From NCBI GenBank assembly GCA_964565135.1, contig CAZMEA010000002.1, positions 9,824 through 73,823 on the forward strand: a DNA stretch of 64,000 nt, written 5' to 3'. Origin of the DNA: an uncultured Woeseiaceae bacterium. GTDB lineage: Bacteria; Pseudomonadota; Gammaproteobacteria; Steroidobacterales; Woeseiaceae. The translations under genes were made by a program, and so were the position numbers. The notes beneath the pieces were generated by a model. The model was given only the letters and a program-made list of their open reading frames with translations. It was not told the origin of the DNA and did not search any database. Below, piece by piece: positions 46,021 to 55,951 of the stretch. The number at the start of each line of letters is the position of its first letter. Position 1 is the stretch's first letter.

Positions 46021-47964
46021 ATGCTTGCCAGACTTCGTTTCGCCCTCACTGTTTTTGTTGCCCTGTGCAGTGTCGCGCACGTCGCCTGGGCGGACAGCGA
46101 GACCTTCCCACAGCCCGCCGAGCTCGATCGGGACGTCAATTTCTGGTTGCGCGTGTTCTCGACGGTGTCGACGGACGAAGGGCTTCTGCATGACAACCGG
46201 GACCTGAGTGTGGTCTACGAGCAGATGCCCATGCCTGCATCAACCGGCCGACGGGAACGGAATCGCCGGGTCGGTCTTCGGCGGAAGCACTACCAGGCCA
46301 TTCTCAATACGCTCGCCGAAGGCAAACGCACCGGGCTGACCGAGGAGGAACGGCGGGTGCTGGATCTCTGGGGTGACGACGTCAGTAATCAAACGCTCGC
46401 TGCCGCAAGCCGACAGATTCGTTTTCAGCACGGCCTGTCTGACCGTATGGCCGATTCGTTGAGACGTGCCGGTCGATGGCGTCAGCACGTCACCGAAACG
46501 TTCCGGCGACATGGCGTGCCGGTCGAGTTGGCCGCGCTCCCTCACGTCGAATCGTCCTACAATCCCGCCGCCCGGTCGCACGTCGGTGCGTCGGGAATCT
46601 GGCAGTTTACGCGCAGCACGGGCCGCCGCTTCATGCAGGTGGATCACGTCGTCGATGAGCGCAATGACCCGTTTCGTGCTACCGAGGCGGCGGCCAAGCT
46701 TCTGGCTTACAACTACTCGCTGACGCAGAACTGGCCGATGGCGATCACGGCGTACAACCATGGTCTCGCGGGCGCACGGCGTGCCATGCGTCAGCATGGC
46801 GATACGGCGTACGCGGACATTCTGCGCAACTACAAGGGGCGCACGTTCGGCTTTGCGTCCCGAAACTTCTACGTCGCGTTTCTGGCCGCGATGAAGATCG
46901 ACCAGGATCCCGATCGTTACTTCCCCGGCGTCGTGCCCGAGCCTGCCGTCGACTACGCAACCTTCACTCTCGACGAGTACATTCCAGCCGAGGTTCTCGC
47001 CGACTCGCTGGGTGTCAGTGACAAGGCGCTGTCGGCAGCCAACCCGTCGCTGCAGCCGACAGTCTGGCAGGGTAGCAAGCACGTGCCGACGGGCATGGAG
47101 CTGCGTATTCCGAAACGTCAGCTGTCCGGATCCGTCGACGAACTCCTGGCGTCGATCGGCGCAGAGCAGCGCTTTGGTGACCAGCTCCCGGATCTGTTTC
47201 ACACAATCGCACGCGGCGACACGCTGTCACAGATTGCCGATACCTATAACACGCGCGTGTCCACGCTGGTGGCGTTGAACGGCCTCGGCAGTCGCCATCG
47301 GATTCGCGCCGGCCAGCAGTTGCGCCTGCCCGCGGCCGGCCCGGCGCCTGCCGTCGTTGCGGCGGCTCCCGCAGAGCCAGTGCCCGAGCGCGAGCCACCG
47401 GTTGAGGTCCTCGCCAATGTACCGGCGATCGGCACAACGCCCGAGGATGAAGCCGAAGAGGCGCCTGATGCCGTCCTCGGCGATGATCTGGCCCAGTCTC
47501 TGATGGGCACACTGCAGGCCGCATTGCTCTCGGACCCGAGCGACTACAGCATTGGCGACGACCAGACTATTGAAGTGCATCCCCTGGAGACGTTGGGTCA
47601 CTATGCCGATTGGCTCGGTCTGCGGACGCAACGCTTACGTGACATTAACGGGCTGGCCTTTCGCACACCCGTGGTTGTCGGCCAGCGAATCCGGCTGGAT
47701 CTCAGCAAGTCGACGATCGACGAGTTCGAGCGCCGACGCGCTGCCTTTCACAAGGAGCAGCAGGACAGCTTCTTCCGCAACAACACGATTACCGGCGTTC
47801 AGGAACATACGGTGGCGAGTGGCGAATCACTTTGGGTTCTGTCGCTGCGACGCTACGACGTACCGGTTTGGCTGTTCCGCCAGTACAACCCTGAGGTGGA
47901 CATGCATCGGGTGAGGACCGGAACGCGTGTGCGGTTTCCTGTGCTGGCCTCGACGAGTGGATGA
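46021..47964 (+). CDS. Membrane-bound lytic murein transglycosylase D-like (SLT domain plus multiple LysM)
   Basis: SLT catalytic region LPHVESSYNPAARSHVGASGIWQF. At least three LysM repeats (HTIARGDTLSQIADTY..., HTVASGESLWVLS...). Start moved to the ATG at 46021 (signal peptide MLARLRFALTVFVALCSVAHVAWA). Confidence 0.85.
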   Translation: MLARLRFALTVFVALCSVAHVAWADSETFPQPAELDRDVNFWLRVFSTVSTDEGLLHDNRDLSVVYEQMPMPASTGRRERNRRVGLRRKHYQAILNTLAEGKRTGLTEEERRVLDLWGDDVSNQTLAAASRQIRFQHGLSDRMADSLRRAGRWRQHVTETFRRHGVPVELAALPHVESSYNPAARSHVGASGIWQFTRSTGRRFMQVDHVVDERNDPFRATEAAAKLLAYNYSLTQNWPMAITAYNHGLAGARRAMRQHGDTAYADILRNYKGRTFGFASRNFYVAFLAAMKIDQDPDRYFPGVVPEPAVDYATFTLDEYIPAEVLADSLGVSDKALSAANPSLQPTVWQGSKHVPTGMELRIPKRQLSGSVDELLASIGAEQRFGDQLPDLFHTIARGDTLSQIADTYNTRVSTLVALNGLGSRHRIRAGQQLRLPAAGPAPAVVAAAPAEPVPEREPPVEVLANVPAIGTTPEDEAEEAPDAVLGDDLAQSLMGTLQAALLSDPSDYSIGDDQTIEVHPLETLGHYADWLGLRTQRLRDINGLAFRTPVVVGQRIRLDLSKSTIDEFERRRAAFHKEQQDSFFRNNTITGVQEHTVASGESLWVLSLRRYDVPVWLFRQYNPEVDMHRVRTGTRVRFPVLASTSG

Positions 47965-48446
47965 ACGGGGACCCGGCCCCGACGCCGGTTGAGCCTAGCG
48001 CGTCGGCAGGCCTGTTCGCGATACGCCTTTCGCCCGTCGTTTTTCTGATGCTTGCGGCTATGGCGTACGTCTTTCATGTTGAAGGCGGCGATGCATACGC
48101 CTGGAGAAACACGTTGCCGATGTGGTTGGTCATTGTGCTCGGCTGGAAGGCGCTCAAGGCCGGCCGAGGTCGCTGGACGGGCGCCGGTTGGCGGTGGCCC
48201 CTGGCAGCGGCCGGATTCGCAGTCCCGGCGACCGGGTTGACGCTTTACCTGCACTACGGCTTCGCTACCGATCTGGACGGCATGTACAGCAACGCCGTGT
48301 ACCCGGAGGAACTGTTTCGTTTCCTGCCCTGGTACACGCTGGTTGCCGGATTTACAGGCTCGGCAATTGGCTGGATCATGGGCAGAAACGTCGATGAGTC
48401 GCGTAATCGTTCGGTCAGCGCGCGCAACGACGCGCCACCGCTGTGA
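47961..48446 (+). CDS. Hypothetical 4-TM membrane protein
   Basis: ATGA overlap with the mltD-like gene. Several hydrophobic helices. No motif recognised. Confidence 0.55.
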   Translation: MNGDPAPTPVEPSASAGLFAIRLSPVVFLMLAAMAYVFHVEGGDAYAWRNTLPMWLVIVLGWKALKAGRGRWTGAGWRWPLAAAGFAVPATGLTLYLHYGFATDLDGMYSNAVYPEELFRFLPWYTLVAGFTGSAIGWIMGRNVDESRNRSVSARNDAPPL

Positions 48447-48513
48447 CCCGCTTCGTTTGATCGGAGTGCAGGCTTTGCTACATTGGGCGTCCCTTAGCCA
48501 TCGTCCCGATCCG

Positions 48514-49050
48514 ATGCGACACGTTGAGAGTCCCGCGCCGTCAAGCCGCGTCCTGTCCGCCCTGGTAGCGGTTGGCGGGCTGTTCATGCTCGCATGGCCC
48601 GGTTACGGCGATGCCGGCGATTTTCCGGTCGCCGAAAAGGTGATCGTCGAAAAAGAGAATCGCAAACTACACCTGATCAAGGACGGCGAGCCGTTCCGGA
48701 CCTTCGATATCGCATTGGGCATTGCGCCGGTGGGAGACAAGGAGCAGGAAGGCGACTTCAAGACGCCCGAAGGCAGCTACATGCTCGACGCGCGCAATCC
48801 GGACAGTGACTATTTCCTGTCGATCCACGTTTCCTATCCGAACGCCGAAGATCGCCGGGAAGCGCGCGAGAAGGGCGTCAATCCGGGCGGTCAGATCATG
48901 ATTCACGGACAACCAAACGTGCCCACCTATTCAGCGGCGTTCTACAAGACTTCCGACTGGACCAATGGCTGCATCGCCGTGTCCAATTCAGACATGATCG
49001 ATATCTGGTTGATGACGCCAAACAATATTCCGATCGAGATACTGCCCTGA
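48514..49050 (+). CDS. L,D-transpeptidase (YkuD-domain, YafK-like)
   Basis: KLHLIKDGEPFRTFDIALG...GDFKTPEGSY...IMIHGQPN...TNGCIAVSN. Start moved to the ATG at 48514. Confidence 0.85.
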   Translation: MRHVESPAPSSRVLSALVAVGGLFMLAWPGYGDAGDFPVAEKVIVEKENRKLHLIKDGEPFRTFDIALGIAPVGDKEQEGDFKTPEGSYMLDARNPDSDYFLSIHVSYPNAEDRREAREKGVNPGGQIMIHGQPNVPTYSAAFYKTSDWTNGCIAVSNSDMIDIWLMTPNNIPIEILP

Positions 49051-49066
49051 TTGCGACGGCGCTTTT

Positions 49067-50440
49067 GTGAGCCACGCTACCGTAAACACCGAGGTGTGGC
49101 CTGAGGGCAGCCTCGAGGTGCTGTCCCAGGTCGAGGCCGAGCAGCTCAAGAACGAGAGCATCGGCGGCGCGCACGGGCTGTTGCGGCGATGCATTCTGGC
49201 CGTACTGAATTCCGGCATGGAGATGGACGACGCTCGCGAAGTTCTGCGCCGCTATAAGGACTTTCGCGTTGGCTTCGTGCAGCAGGATCGCGGCCTCAAG
49301 GTCATTCTGAAAGGGGCGCCGGCCTCGGCCTTCGTCGACGGCGTAATGATCCGCGGTATTCGCGAGCAGGTGTTCGCGGTTCTCCGCGACGTTGTCTTCA
49401 CGGATAACGAGATTCGCCAGAGCGGTCGCTTCGACCTCTCGAGCTCTGAAAACATCACCAACGCGGTGTTCCACATCGTACGGAACGCCCGAATCCTGCA
49501 GACGCCAGCAAGGACCAACCTGGTGGTCTGCTGGGGCGGACACGCAATTAGTCGTACCGAGTATGACTACACGAAGCTGGTTGGTTACGAACTCGGACTT
49601 CGTGGCATGAATGTTTGCACGGGCTGCGGACCCGGGGCTATGAAGGGCCCCATGAAGGGTGCAACGATCGGGCACGCGAAGCAGCGCATACGCGATGGCA
49701 ACTACATTGGCATAACCGAGCCCGGCATCATCGCTGCCGAACCACCGAATCCGATCGTCAACTCACTGGTGATCATGCCGGATATGGAAAAGCGCCTGGA
49801 GGCGTTTGTCCGTGTCGGGCACGGGATCATTGTCTTTCCCGGTGGCGTTGGGACGGCCGAGGAGATTCTCTATCTGCTCGGAGTCCTGCTACATCCGGAC
49901 AACGACGATCTGCCGCTACCAATGATCATGACCGGACCCAAGAGTGCCGAACCGTACTTCAGGCAGATCGATGAGTTTATCGGCGCGGTGCTGGGTCCGG
50001 CGGCCCAGGAGCGTTACGAGATCATTGTGGGTGACGCCCCGAAGGTCGGGACGACGATGCTCCGGCACCTGGCTCGCGTAAAAAGTTTTCGCAAGGAACA
50101 GGATGATGCCTACTACTTCAACTGGCGTCTGAAGATCGACCACGACTTCCAGAAGCCGTTTACGTCATCACATGAAGATATGGCCGCAACGACCGTCTCT
50201 TCCGACCTGCCCCGACATGAACTCGCTTCGAATCTGCGTCGCATCTTTTCCGGAATCGTATCGGGCAATGTTCGCGATGACGCGATGGCCGCGATCGAGC
50301 AAAAGGGTCCCTTCGAGATCCATGGTTCCCCCGAGATTATGCGACTGCTGGATCGCCTTCTGCAGGCTTTCGTCGATCAGGGGCGGATGAAGATCGCGGC
50401 CGAAACGTACAAGCCCTGCTATCGGGTCCTTCGTAGCTGA
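49067..50440 (+). CDS. ppnN: Pyrimidine/purine nucleotide 5'-monophosphate nucleosidase
   Basis: Collinear with E. coli PpnN (YgdH) as I recall it (VVCWGGH..., CTGCGPGAMKGPMKGA, GITEPGIIAAEPPNP, VFPGGVGTAEEILYLLG). GTG start. Confidence 0.9.
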   Translation: MSHATVNTEVWPEGSLEVLSQVEAEQLKNESIGGAHGLLRRCILAVLNSGMEMDDAREVLRRYKDFRVGFVQQDRGLKVILKGAPASAFVDGVMIRGIREQVFAVLRDVVFTDNEIRQSGRFDLSSSENITNAVFHIVRNARILQTPARTNLVVCWGGHAISRTEYDYTKLVGYELGLRGMNVCTGCGPGAMKGPMKGATIGHAKQRIRDGNYIGITEPGIIAAEPPNPIVNSLVIMPDMEKRLEAFVRVGHGIIVFPGGVGTAEEILYLLGVLLHPDNDDLPLPMIMTGPKSAEPYFRQIDEFIGAVLGPAAQERYEIIVGDAPKVGTTMLRHLARVKSFRKEQDDAYYFNWRLKIDHDFQKPFTSSHEDMAATTVSSDLPRHELASNLRRIFSGIVSGNVRDDAMAAIEQKGPFEIHGSPEIMRLLDRLLQAFVDQGRMKIAAETYKPCYRVLRS

Positions 50441-50636
50441 TCCCGTTCATCGATTCGGGACGGCATTTCCCGATTCTGTTAAACCACCTTGAAGACGCCA
50501 CTTGGGATTAAGTAAAAAGTGGCGTAATTACATGATTTATAAAGTTAAATCGACAACTTTCATTGTGATGCAGTTCCTGTGAATTCTGCCCTGGGAGACG
50601 TACTGTTTCACTACTGTTCGAATCAGGCAGACAGTT

Positions 50637-50894
50637 ATGCAGGACAGCAAAGAGAACGCATGGAGCACCGACTTCGACAAGGACGTCGAGCTCGAAGACG
50701 GTGCGACTCAGGAAGAGCAGCACGCCGAATCTGCAACCGGTGATGACGTTGATGGTTGGCAGCAGTACCGACGCTGGATTTCAAAGGCACCCGCACCCAA
50801 CAAACGTCGCGGTGGTGTAGACCCGTCCCTGTACACCTGGAAGGGCTATCGAAACTGGACCGAACAGGTTAAACGCAACTGGAGCGACAGTTAG
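50637..50894 (+). CDS. Hypothetical 85-aa protein (acidic N-terminal half, W/K/R-rich C-terminal half)
   Basis: Codon usage looks genuine. It is followed by a strong terminator. No motif recognised. Confidence 0.55.
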   Translation: MQDSKENAWSTDFDKDVELEDGATQEEQHAESATGDDVDGWQQYRRWISKAPAPNKRRGGVDPSLYTWKGYRNWTEQVKRNWSDS

Positions 50895-50920
50895 TCCTGA
50901 CCGATCAGTGTATCCAGCAG

Positions 50921-50960
50921 AAAAGCGCGTGCCGGTTATTCCCGCACGCGCTTTTTTTTT
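50921..50960. terminator. Bidirectional intrinsic terminator
   Basis: AAAAGCGCGTGC-N11-GCACGCGCTTTTTTTTT: a 9-bp GC-rich stem with A4 on the left and T9 on the right. Confidence 0.8.
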
Positions 50961-50986
50961 GTGCCATGCAGGGACAAATACAGAGC

Positions 50987-51169
50987 TTATGTTGTCTTCA
51001 AGGCTGTGTTGTGACTCGCAACCGATACAAAGCGTGCGACGGTTCTCTGTTTGCGCACAAAGTCGCTCTCTGAAATGAAGCTGTGAAATGTCTCACGGTC
51101 ACCCTTCAGGTCGCCAACTATAGTCACAACGAAGTACGGATACTGCTGTAAGAAAAGTATGTCGACCAA
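50987..51169 (-). CDS. Doubtful 60-aa ORF in the low-GC islet (alternatively non-coding / sRNA)
   Basis: Convergent on the bidirectional terminator, which argues for transcription. GC3 is clearly lower than in neighbouring genes, and its start overlaps the 51159 ORF by 11 nt. Confidence 0.25.
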   Translation of the reverse strand: MVDILFLQQYPYFVVTIVGDLKGDRETFHSFISESDFVRKQRTVARFVSVASHNTALKTT

Positions 51170-51350
51170 GGTTTCCCAATCCGAGTCACCGACCAGCGCA
51201 TGGAAGAACGACGCCGCGCGTCAGCGCTGGGAACTCTTTCACCGCGCCATCGCCCACGCCAAGCAGTCCAACACCGCTGCCATGGATCCCGGCGACGATT
51301 CATCACGTTCGGCAAAGCCGGGCCGCCCGCTGCTCTACGTCGCCAAGTAA
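51159..51350 (+). CDS. Hypothetical 63-aa protein
   Basis: High GC3 with genome-typical codons (AAG, GCC, CGC, CTG). The overlapping 51200 frame is R-rich junk until 51398. Confidence 0.45.
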   Translation: MSTKVSQSESPTSAWKNDAARQRWELFHRAIAHAKQSNTAAMDPGDDSSRSAKPGRPLLYVAK

Positions 51351-51397
51351 GGTTGGATCTGACGGACAGGCCGGCCGGGACGAACTTCGGAACATCC

Positions 51398-51643
51398 ATG
51401 GAACGATTTCTGCTCTACTGGGACGACCTCGACGACCTGCTTTATACGCTCGTATTCGTCGGTGAACGCCGGCGCTCCATTATTCGTCATCTATTTGCGG
51501 CCCTCGGTCTGGGCGCGATAGGCGCGGCCGCGGTCTATATGTCGCTGCACGAGCCGGCGCTCGGCGCCGCATCGCTGGCGCTCTTTCTTGTCCTCCTGCT
51601 GTATCGCGCAGTGACGGCGCCGCGTTTCACGCCGGTTCCTTAA
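51398..51643 (+). CDS. Hypothetical 81-aa two-TM membrane protein
   Basis: MERFLLYWDDLDDLLYTLVFVGERRR...LGLGAIGAAAVYM...AASLALFLVLLLY. This is the in-frame internal start of track ORF 51200..51643. Confidence 0.55.
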   Translation: MERFLLYWDDLDDLLYTLVFVGERRRSIIRHLFAALGLGAIGAAAVYMSLHEPALGAASLALFLVLLLYRAVTAPRFTPVP

Positions 51644-51682
51644 AGTGCAGGCGGGTGGCTTTACCCTGCCACCGCCTGGTCA

Positions 51683-51714
51683 CCCCTTGAAATACCAGCA
51701 GCGGCGCCCATGTG
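51683..51714 (+). promoter_or_regulatory. Sigma-32 (heat-shock) promoter of htpG
   Basis: CCCCTTGAAA-N14-GCCCATGT, against the consensus CCCTTGAA-N13-15-CCCCATNT. About 75 nt upstream of the htpG start. Confidence 0.65.
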
Positions 51715-51788
51715 GAGCGCTACGACGGCCACGGTGCGCCGTCGCGACACCCTGTCGTTAGACTATCCGGTATCCGGGGGAACACACA

Positions 51789-53690
51789 GTGACCGAGACG
51801 ATCGAGACCGAGTCTTCGCAAAAAGAGACACTCGGCTTTCAGACCGAGGTGCGGCAGCTGCTGCACCTGATGATTCATTCGCTCTACAGCAACAAGGAGA
51901 TCTTTCTCCGCGAGCTCATTTCGAACGCGTCTGACGCGGCCGACAAGCTGCGCTTTGAATCCCTGGCCGACTCGACCTTGCTGGAGAATGACCCGGAGCT
52001 GAAGATTACCGTCAGCTTTGACAAGGAAGCCCGGACGATCACGATCGGCGACAACGGAATCGGCATGTCGAGAAGTGAGGTCATCGAGAATCTGGGTACG
52101 ATTGCGCGCTCGGGCACGGCGGAATTCCTGCAGCAGCTCTCAGGCGACCAGACCCGGGATGCCAACCTGATCGGCCAATTCGGCGTGGGTTTCTACTCGG
52201 CATTCATCGTTGCAGACAAGGTCACGGTCGAAACCCGGCGTGCCGGCACGGAAGCTTCAGACGCCGTGCGCTGGATATCCGACGGCGAGGGCGAATTCAC
52301 GATCGAGTCCATTGATCGCGCCGATCGTGGAACAGCCGTCACTCTTCACCTGAAGGAAGGAGACAGCGAATTCGCCGACGCCTTCCGTTTGGAATCGTTG
52401 ATCCGCAAATACTCCGACCACATCGGTTTTCCCGTGGCATTGCACGATCTGGGCGACAACGAATCGGAATCGAAGACCGTCAATTCCGCCACCGCGCTCT
52501 GGACCCGTCCAAGAGGCGACGTCAGCGACGACGAATATCGAGAGTTCTATAAACACCTCTCGCACGATTTCGAGGACCCGCTCAGCTGGAGTCACAACAA
52601 GGTTGAAGGTCGTCGCGAGTACACCAGTCTGCTGTTTATTCCGTCACGCGCTCCCTTTGACCTGTGGAATCGCGAGGCGCCACGCGGGCTCAAGCTATAC
52701 ATTCAACGCGTCTTCATCATGGACGATGCCGAGCAGTTTCTGCCGCTGTATCTGCGCTTCGTCAAAGGTGTCGTCGATTCGGCGGATTTGCCGCTGAACG
52801 TGTCGCGCGAATTGCTGCAGCAAAATCCTGAGCTCGACGCGATGCGTGGCGCATTGACGAAACGGGCACTCGACATGATCGCGAAGCTCGGCGCCGGCGA
52901 TACGGATGAAGATCGAAATCGATACACGGATTTCTGGTCTGCGTTCGGTCCGGTGCTCAAGGAAGGACTGATCGAGGACCCACAGAATGCCGAGAAGCTC
53001 CTCAAAATAATGCGTTTCGCCACGACGGCCGGTGACAGCGGCAAGCAGGATCAGTCGCTGACGGATTACGTTAGCCGCATCCAGGACGGTCAGGACAAGA
53101 TCTACTATCTGCTTGCCGACAGCTACGAAAAGGCGATTGCAAGCCCGCAGCTCGAACGCCTGAAGGACTCCGGTGTGGAAGTGCTGTTGCTGGTCGACAA
53201 GATCGACCCCTGGGTCGTCGAGCATTTGCCGGAGTTCGACGGCAAGGCCTTCCAGGATATCGCCCGGGCGGACCTGACGTTGCCTGAAGGTGACGGTGAA
53301 ATTACCCAGTCTGCGCTGAATGACGAGCACAAGCCGTTCCTGAAGAAACTCCGTAATGTCCTCAAGGATCGCGTGGAAACGGTAAATGCGAGCCAGCGCC
53401 TGAAGGATTCGCCCGCGTGCGTCGTCACCGGCGAACAGGATCTGACGCCCCAGATTCGTCGAATGCTGGAAGCGGCAGGCCAGGAGGTCCCGGAGACGCT
53501 ACCCGTCCTCGAGGTCAACGTCGACCATCCCCTCGTCGAGCGGTTATCCGGTGAGGAGGACGAAGGTCGATTCACGGACCTCGCCAACATCGTCCTTGAT
53601 CAGGCGCTGTTGGCAGAGTCGGGGCAGCTCAACGATCCAGCCGCGTATCTGCGGCGGATGAACAAACTGCTGGCTGAGTCTCTCGGTTAA
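51789..53690 (+). CDS. htpG: Molecular chaperone HtpG (Hsp90)
   Basis: [41 protein letters not shown] and [11 protein letters not shown]. 633 aa. GTG start preceded by GGGGGAA. Confidence 0.97.
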   Translation: MTETIETESSQKETLGFQTEVRQLLHLMIHSLYSNKEIFLRELISNASDAADKLRFESLADSTLLENDPELKITVSFDKEARTITIGDNGIGMSRSEVIENLGTIARSGTAEFLQQLSGDQTRDANLIGQFGVGFYSAFIVADKVTVETRRAGTEASDAVRWISDGEGEFTIESIDRADRGTAVTLHLKEGDSEFADAFRLESLIRKYSDHIGFPVALHDLGDNESESKTVNSATALWTRPRGDVSDDEYREFYKHLSHDFEDPLSWSHNKVEGRREYTSLLFIPSRAPFDLWNREAPRGLKLYIQRVFIMDDAEQFLPLYLRFVKGVVDSADLPLNVSRELLQQNPELDAMRGALTKRALDMIAKLGAGDTDEDRNRYTDFWSAFGPVLKEGLIEDPQNAEKLLKIMRFATTAGDSGKQDQSLTDYVSRIQDGQDKIYYLLADSYEKAIASPQLERLKDSGVEVLLLVDKIDPWVVEHLPEFDGKAFQDIARADLTLPEGDGEITQSALNDEHKPFLKKLRNVLKDRVETVNASQRLKDSPACVVTGEQDLTPQIRRMLEAAGQEVPETLPVLEVNVDHPLVERLSGEEDEGRFTDLANIVLDQALLAESGQLNDPAAYLRRMNKLLAESLG

Positions 53691-53714
53691 GGGCTCGACG
53701 GCTCGAGCTCTGCT

Positions 53715-55193
53715 TCACGATTGCTGGCTGCTGCGCATGTGTGGCACGACGAGCGCCCGTTCGACGCCGGAGAAAATAAATTCGGTCAGGATCGCGAGAA
53801 GCGCCGCCGGAATTGCACCCTGAAGGATCAGTCGGCTGTCGTTGAGGGCCAGGCCCGTCACAATGGGGTCGCCCAGTCCGCCGGCTCCAATAAATGCAGC
53901 CAGGGTCGCCGTACCAATGCAGATGACGGCGGCCGTTCGGACTCCGGCGATGACGTGCGGCATCGCAAGCGGCAGCATGACGTACCGGAGTTCCTGCGTT
54001 CGTGACATCGCCATCGCGGCGGCAACCTGCCGGTAGCCTTGTGGTATCGCCTGAATGGCCGTGATCGTGTTGCGGGCGATGGGCAACAGCGAGTACAGGA
54101 ACAGAGCGATGATCGCTGGCACTTCACCGACGCCGACCAGCGGTATCAGCAGGGCGAGCAACGCGATTGACGGAATAGTCTGCATCAGTCCCGTGAACTG
54201 CAGGAACAGGCTCGAAACTAGGCGATGCCGGTATACGACCAGGGCAAAGCCAACGCCCAGCAGCACCGCCAGGCCCAGTGCAATGCCCGTCAGCTTCAGG
54301 TGGCGCTGAACGTTGCGGGCCAGTTGCGGCAGGAAAGTCGGTCCGCTCACGCCCTCGGCCGCCAGACCCTCCGTAACTAGGAAAGCCGAAGCAACCTCTA
54401 CGATGCTTGTGTCCGGGTCGAGTGCAGCAAGATTCATCTCGCGCATTCGCCGAGCGTCGATGGTCCCGGACAGCGTCGAAACGATTGCGCGAACGTCGTC
54501 TGAAACATCCGCGTGCAGCATGAACATCGCGAGATAGGTAGGGAAATAGCCTAGGTCATCGTCTAAAACCCGCAGTCGGCTTCGTTCTATCTCACCGTCC
54601 GTTGTGTATGCCGCGGTCACGTCGATGTCACCGGTGGCAATCGCTTCGTAACCAAGCGAGTGCTCCATTCCGCTGGCCGTGTACGGCAGGCCGTAGGCCG
54701 CTTTCAGACCGGGCCAGCCGTCCGATCGACGCAGGAACTCGTGCGAAACGCCGACAGCGAGATCGGGCAGTTGGATGAGATCGGAAATCGTCTCCAGGCC
54801 GTTCTCGGCAGCGAAGGTTTCGGTGACCGCCAGCGCGTAGGCGTTGTTGAACCCGATCGGGTCCAGCACGTCGAAACCGTCCTGCCGAAGCGCCGTGCGA
54901 ATCGACTCGTAGGACGCCAACTCCGGTCGATTCAGGATGACTTCCGAGATAGTGCCGGAGTATTCGGGGTACAGGTCGATAGCGCGGTTATCCAGGGCTT
55001 CGAAACTGATCTTGGTGCCGTTGAGTCCCTGGCGCCTTACGACGTCGTACCCGTGTGATTCCAGAAGCTGCGATGCAATTTCTGCAAGTATGTAATTCTC
55101 GGTGAAATTCTTGCTGCCGATTGTCACTGTCTGCGCGGACGCTCCAGCACTTATCGTCACCGCGATCAGGGCAATCCACCATCGCATTTTCAT
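53715..55193 (-). CDS. Osmoprotectant (glycine betaine/choline family) ABC transporter, fused substrate-binding and permease protein
   Basis: N-terminal OpuAC-type binding domain (VTIGSKNFTENYILAEIASQLLESHGYDV...DLYPEYSGT). C-terminal 6-TM permease domain. ATGA overlap with the ATPase gene. Confidence 0.85.
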   Translation of the reverse strand: MKMRWWIALIAVTISAGASAQTVTIGSKNFTENYILAEIASQLLESHGYDVVRRQGLNGTKISFEALDNRAIDLYPEYSGTISEVILNRPELASYESIRTALRQDGFDVLDPIGFNNAYALAVTETFAAENGLETISDLIQLPDLAVGVSHEFLRRSDGWPGLKAAYGLPYTASGMEHSLGYEAIATGDIDVTAAYTTDGEIERSRLRVLDDDLGYFPTYLAMFMLHADVSDDVRAIVSTLSGTIDARRMREMNLAALDPDTSIVEVASAFLVTEGLAAEGVSGPTFLPQLARNVQRHLKLTGIALGLAVLLGVGFALVVYRHRLVSSLFLQFTGLMQTIPSIALLALLIPLVGVGEVPAIIALFLYSLLPIARNTITAIQAIPQGYRQVAAAMAMSRTQELRYVMLPLAMPHVIAGVRTAAVICIGTATLAAFIGAGGLGDPIVTGLALNDSRLILQGAIPAALLAILTEFIFSGVERALVVPHMRSSQQS

Positions 55194-55951
55194 GCAGCCA
55201 CCCCGGCCAGGCCCGTGCACAACTTGCGAACGTAGTCGTTCGCGGGCGACGCAATGACCTCTGCAACGGGTCCATCCTGCAGTACGCGACCGTCCCGCAT
55301 CACGACGAGGTAGCTGGCAAGATTCACCGCTTCCTGCGGTTCATGGGTGACGAGGATCGTCGCGACAGGTTCCTGCTGACGCAGGGCCAGAAAGCGCTCG
55401 TGAATTCCCTGACGTGTCAGTGCATCCAGGCCGGAAAACGGCTCGTCCAGGAGAAGCAGCTCGGGTTGCAGCATCATGGCCCGGCAAATTCCCGCTCGCT
55501 GTTGCTGGCCGCCTGACAGCTCATGCGGATAACGCGGCAATACGTCAGCCGGCAATTCCATCATGCTGAGCAGCTCGTTCAGGCGTGCGTCGATCCTGGC
55601 CTGGTCCCAGCCGATCAGTTCCGCCGGCAGCCGAATGTTTCGTTCGATAGACAGGTGCGGCAGCAAGGCGACGTCCTGAATCGCGTAGCCAATACGCCGT
55701 CGCAGCGGTCGCAAATCTGTGTAGTCGATAGGTGCGCCGAGCACCGACACCGAGCCACTGTCGGGACGGAGCAAACCCATTGCGAGTTGAACCAGGGTCG
55801 ATTTACCGCTGCCGCTTGCGCCGAGAACGGCGGTTGTCTGGCCACCCGGCATGCGCACCGAAACGTCGTCCAGAGCGCGGACAGTGCCGCGCGTCAGGCC
55901 AACACCGTCGAATACGACCGCAGAGGGCATTGCACCCGTTGGGTCAGTCAA
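55190..55951 (-). CDS. ABC transporter ATP-binding protein of the osmoprotectant system (short, no CBS tail)
   Basis: Walker A GASGSGKST, signature LSGGQQQR, Walker B LLLDEPFSGLD. 253 aa. Confidence 0.9.
   Translation of the reverse strand: MTDPTGAMPSAVVFDGVGLTRGTVRALDDVSVRMPGGQTTAVLGASGSGKSTLVQLAMGLLRPDSGSVSVLGAPIDYTDLRPLRRRIGYAIQDVALLPHLSIERNIRLPAELIGWDQARIDARLNELLSMMELPADVLPRYPHELSGGQQQRAGICRAMMLQPELLLLDEPFSGLDALTRQGIHERFLALRQQEPVATILVTHEPQEAVNLASYLVVMRDGRVLQDGPVAEVIASPANDYVRKLCTGLAGVAA

Noticed and set aside
50600-50625. GTTCGAATC word resembling a tRNA T-loop
   Set aside because: The flanks can form only 3 of the 5 T-stem pairs, and no acceptor, D or anticodon arms can be drawn. This is not a tRNA.
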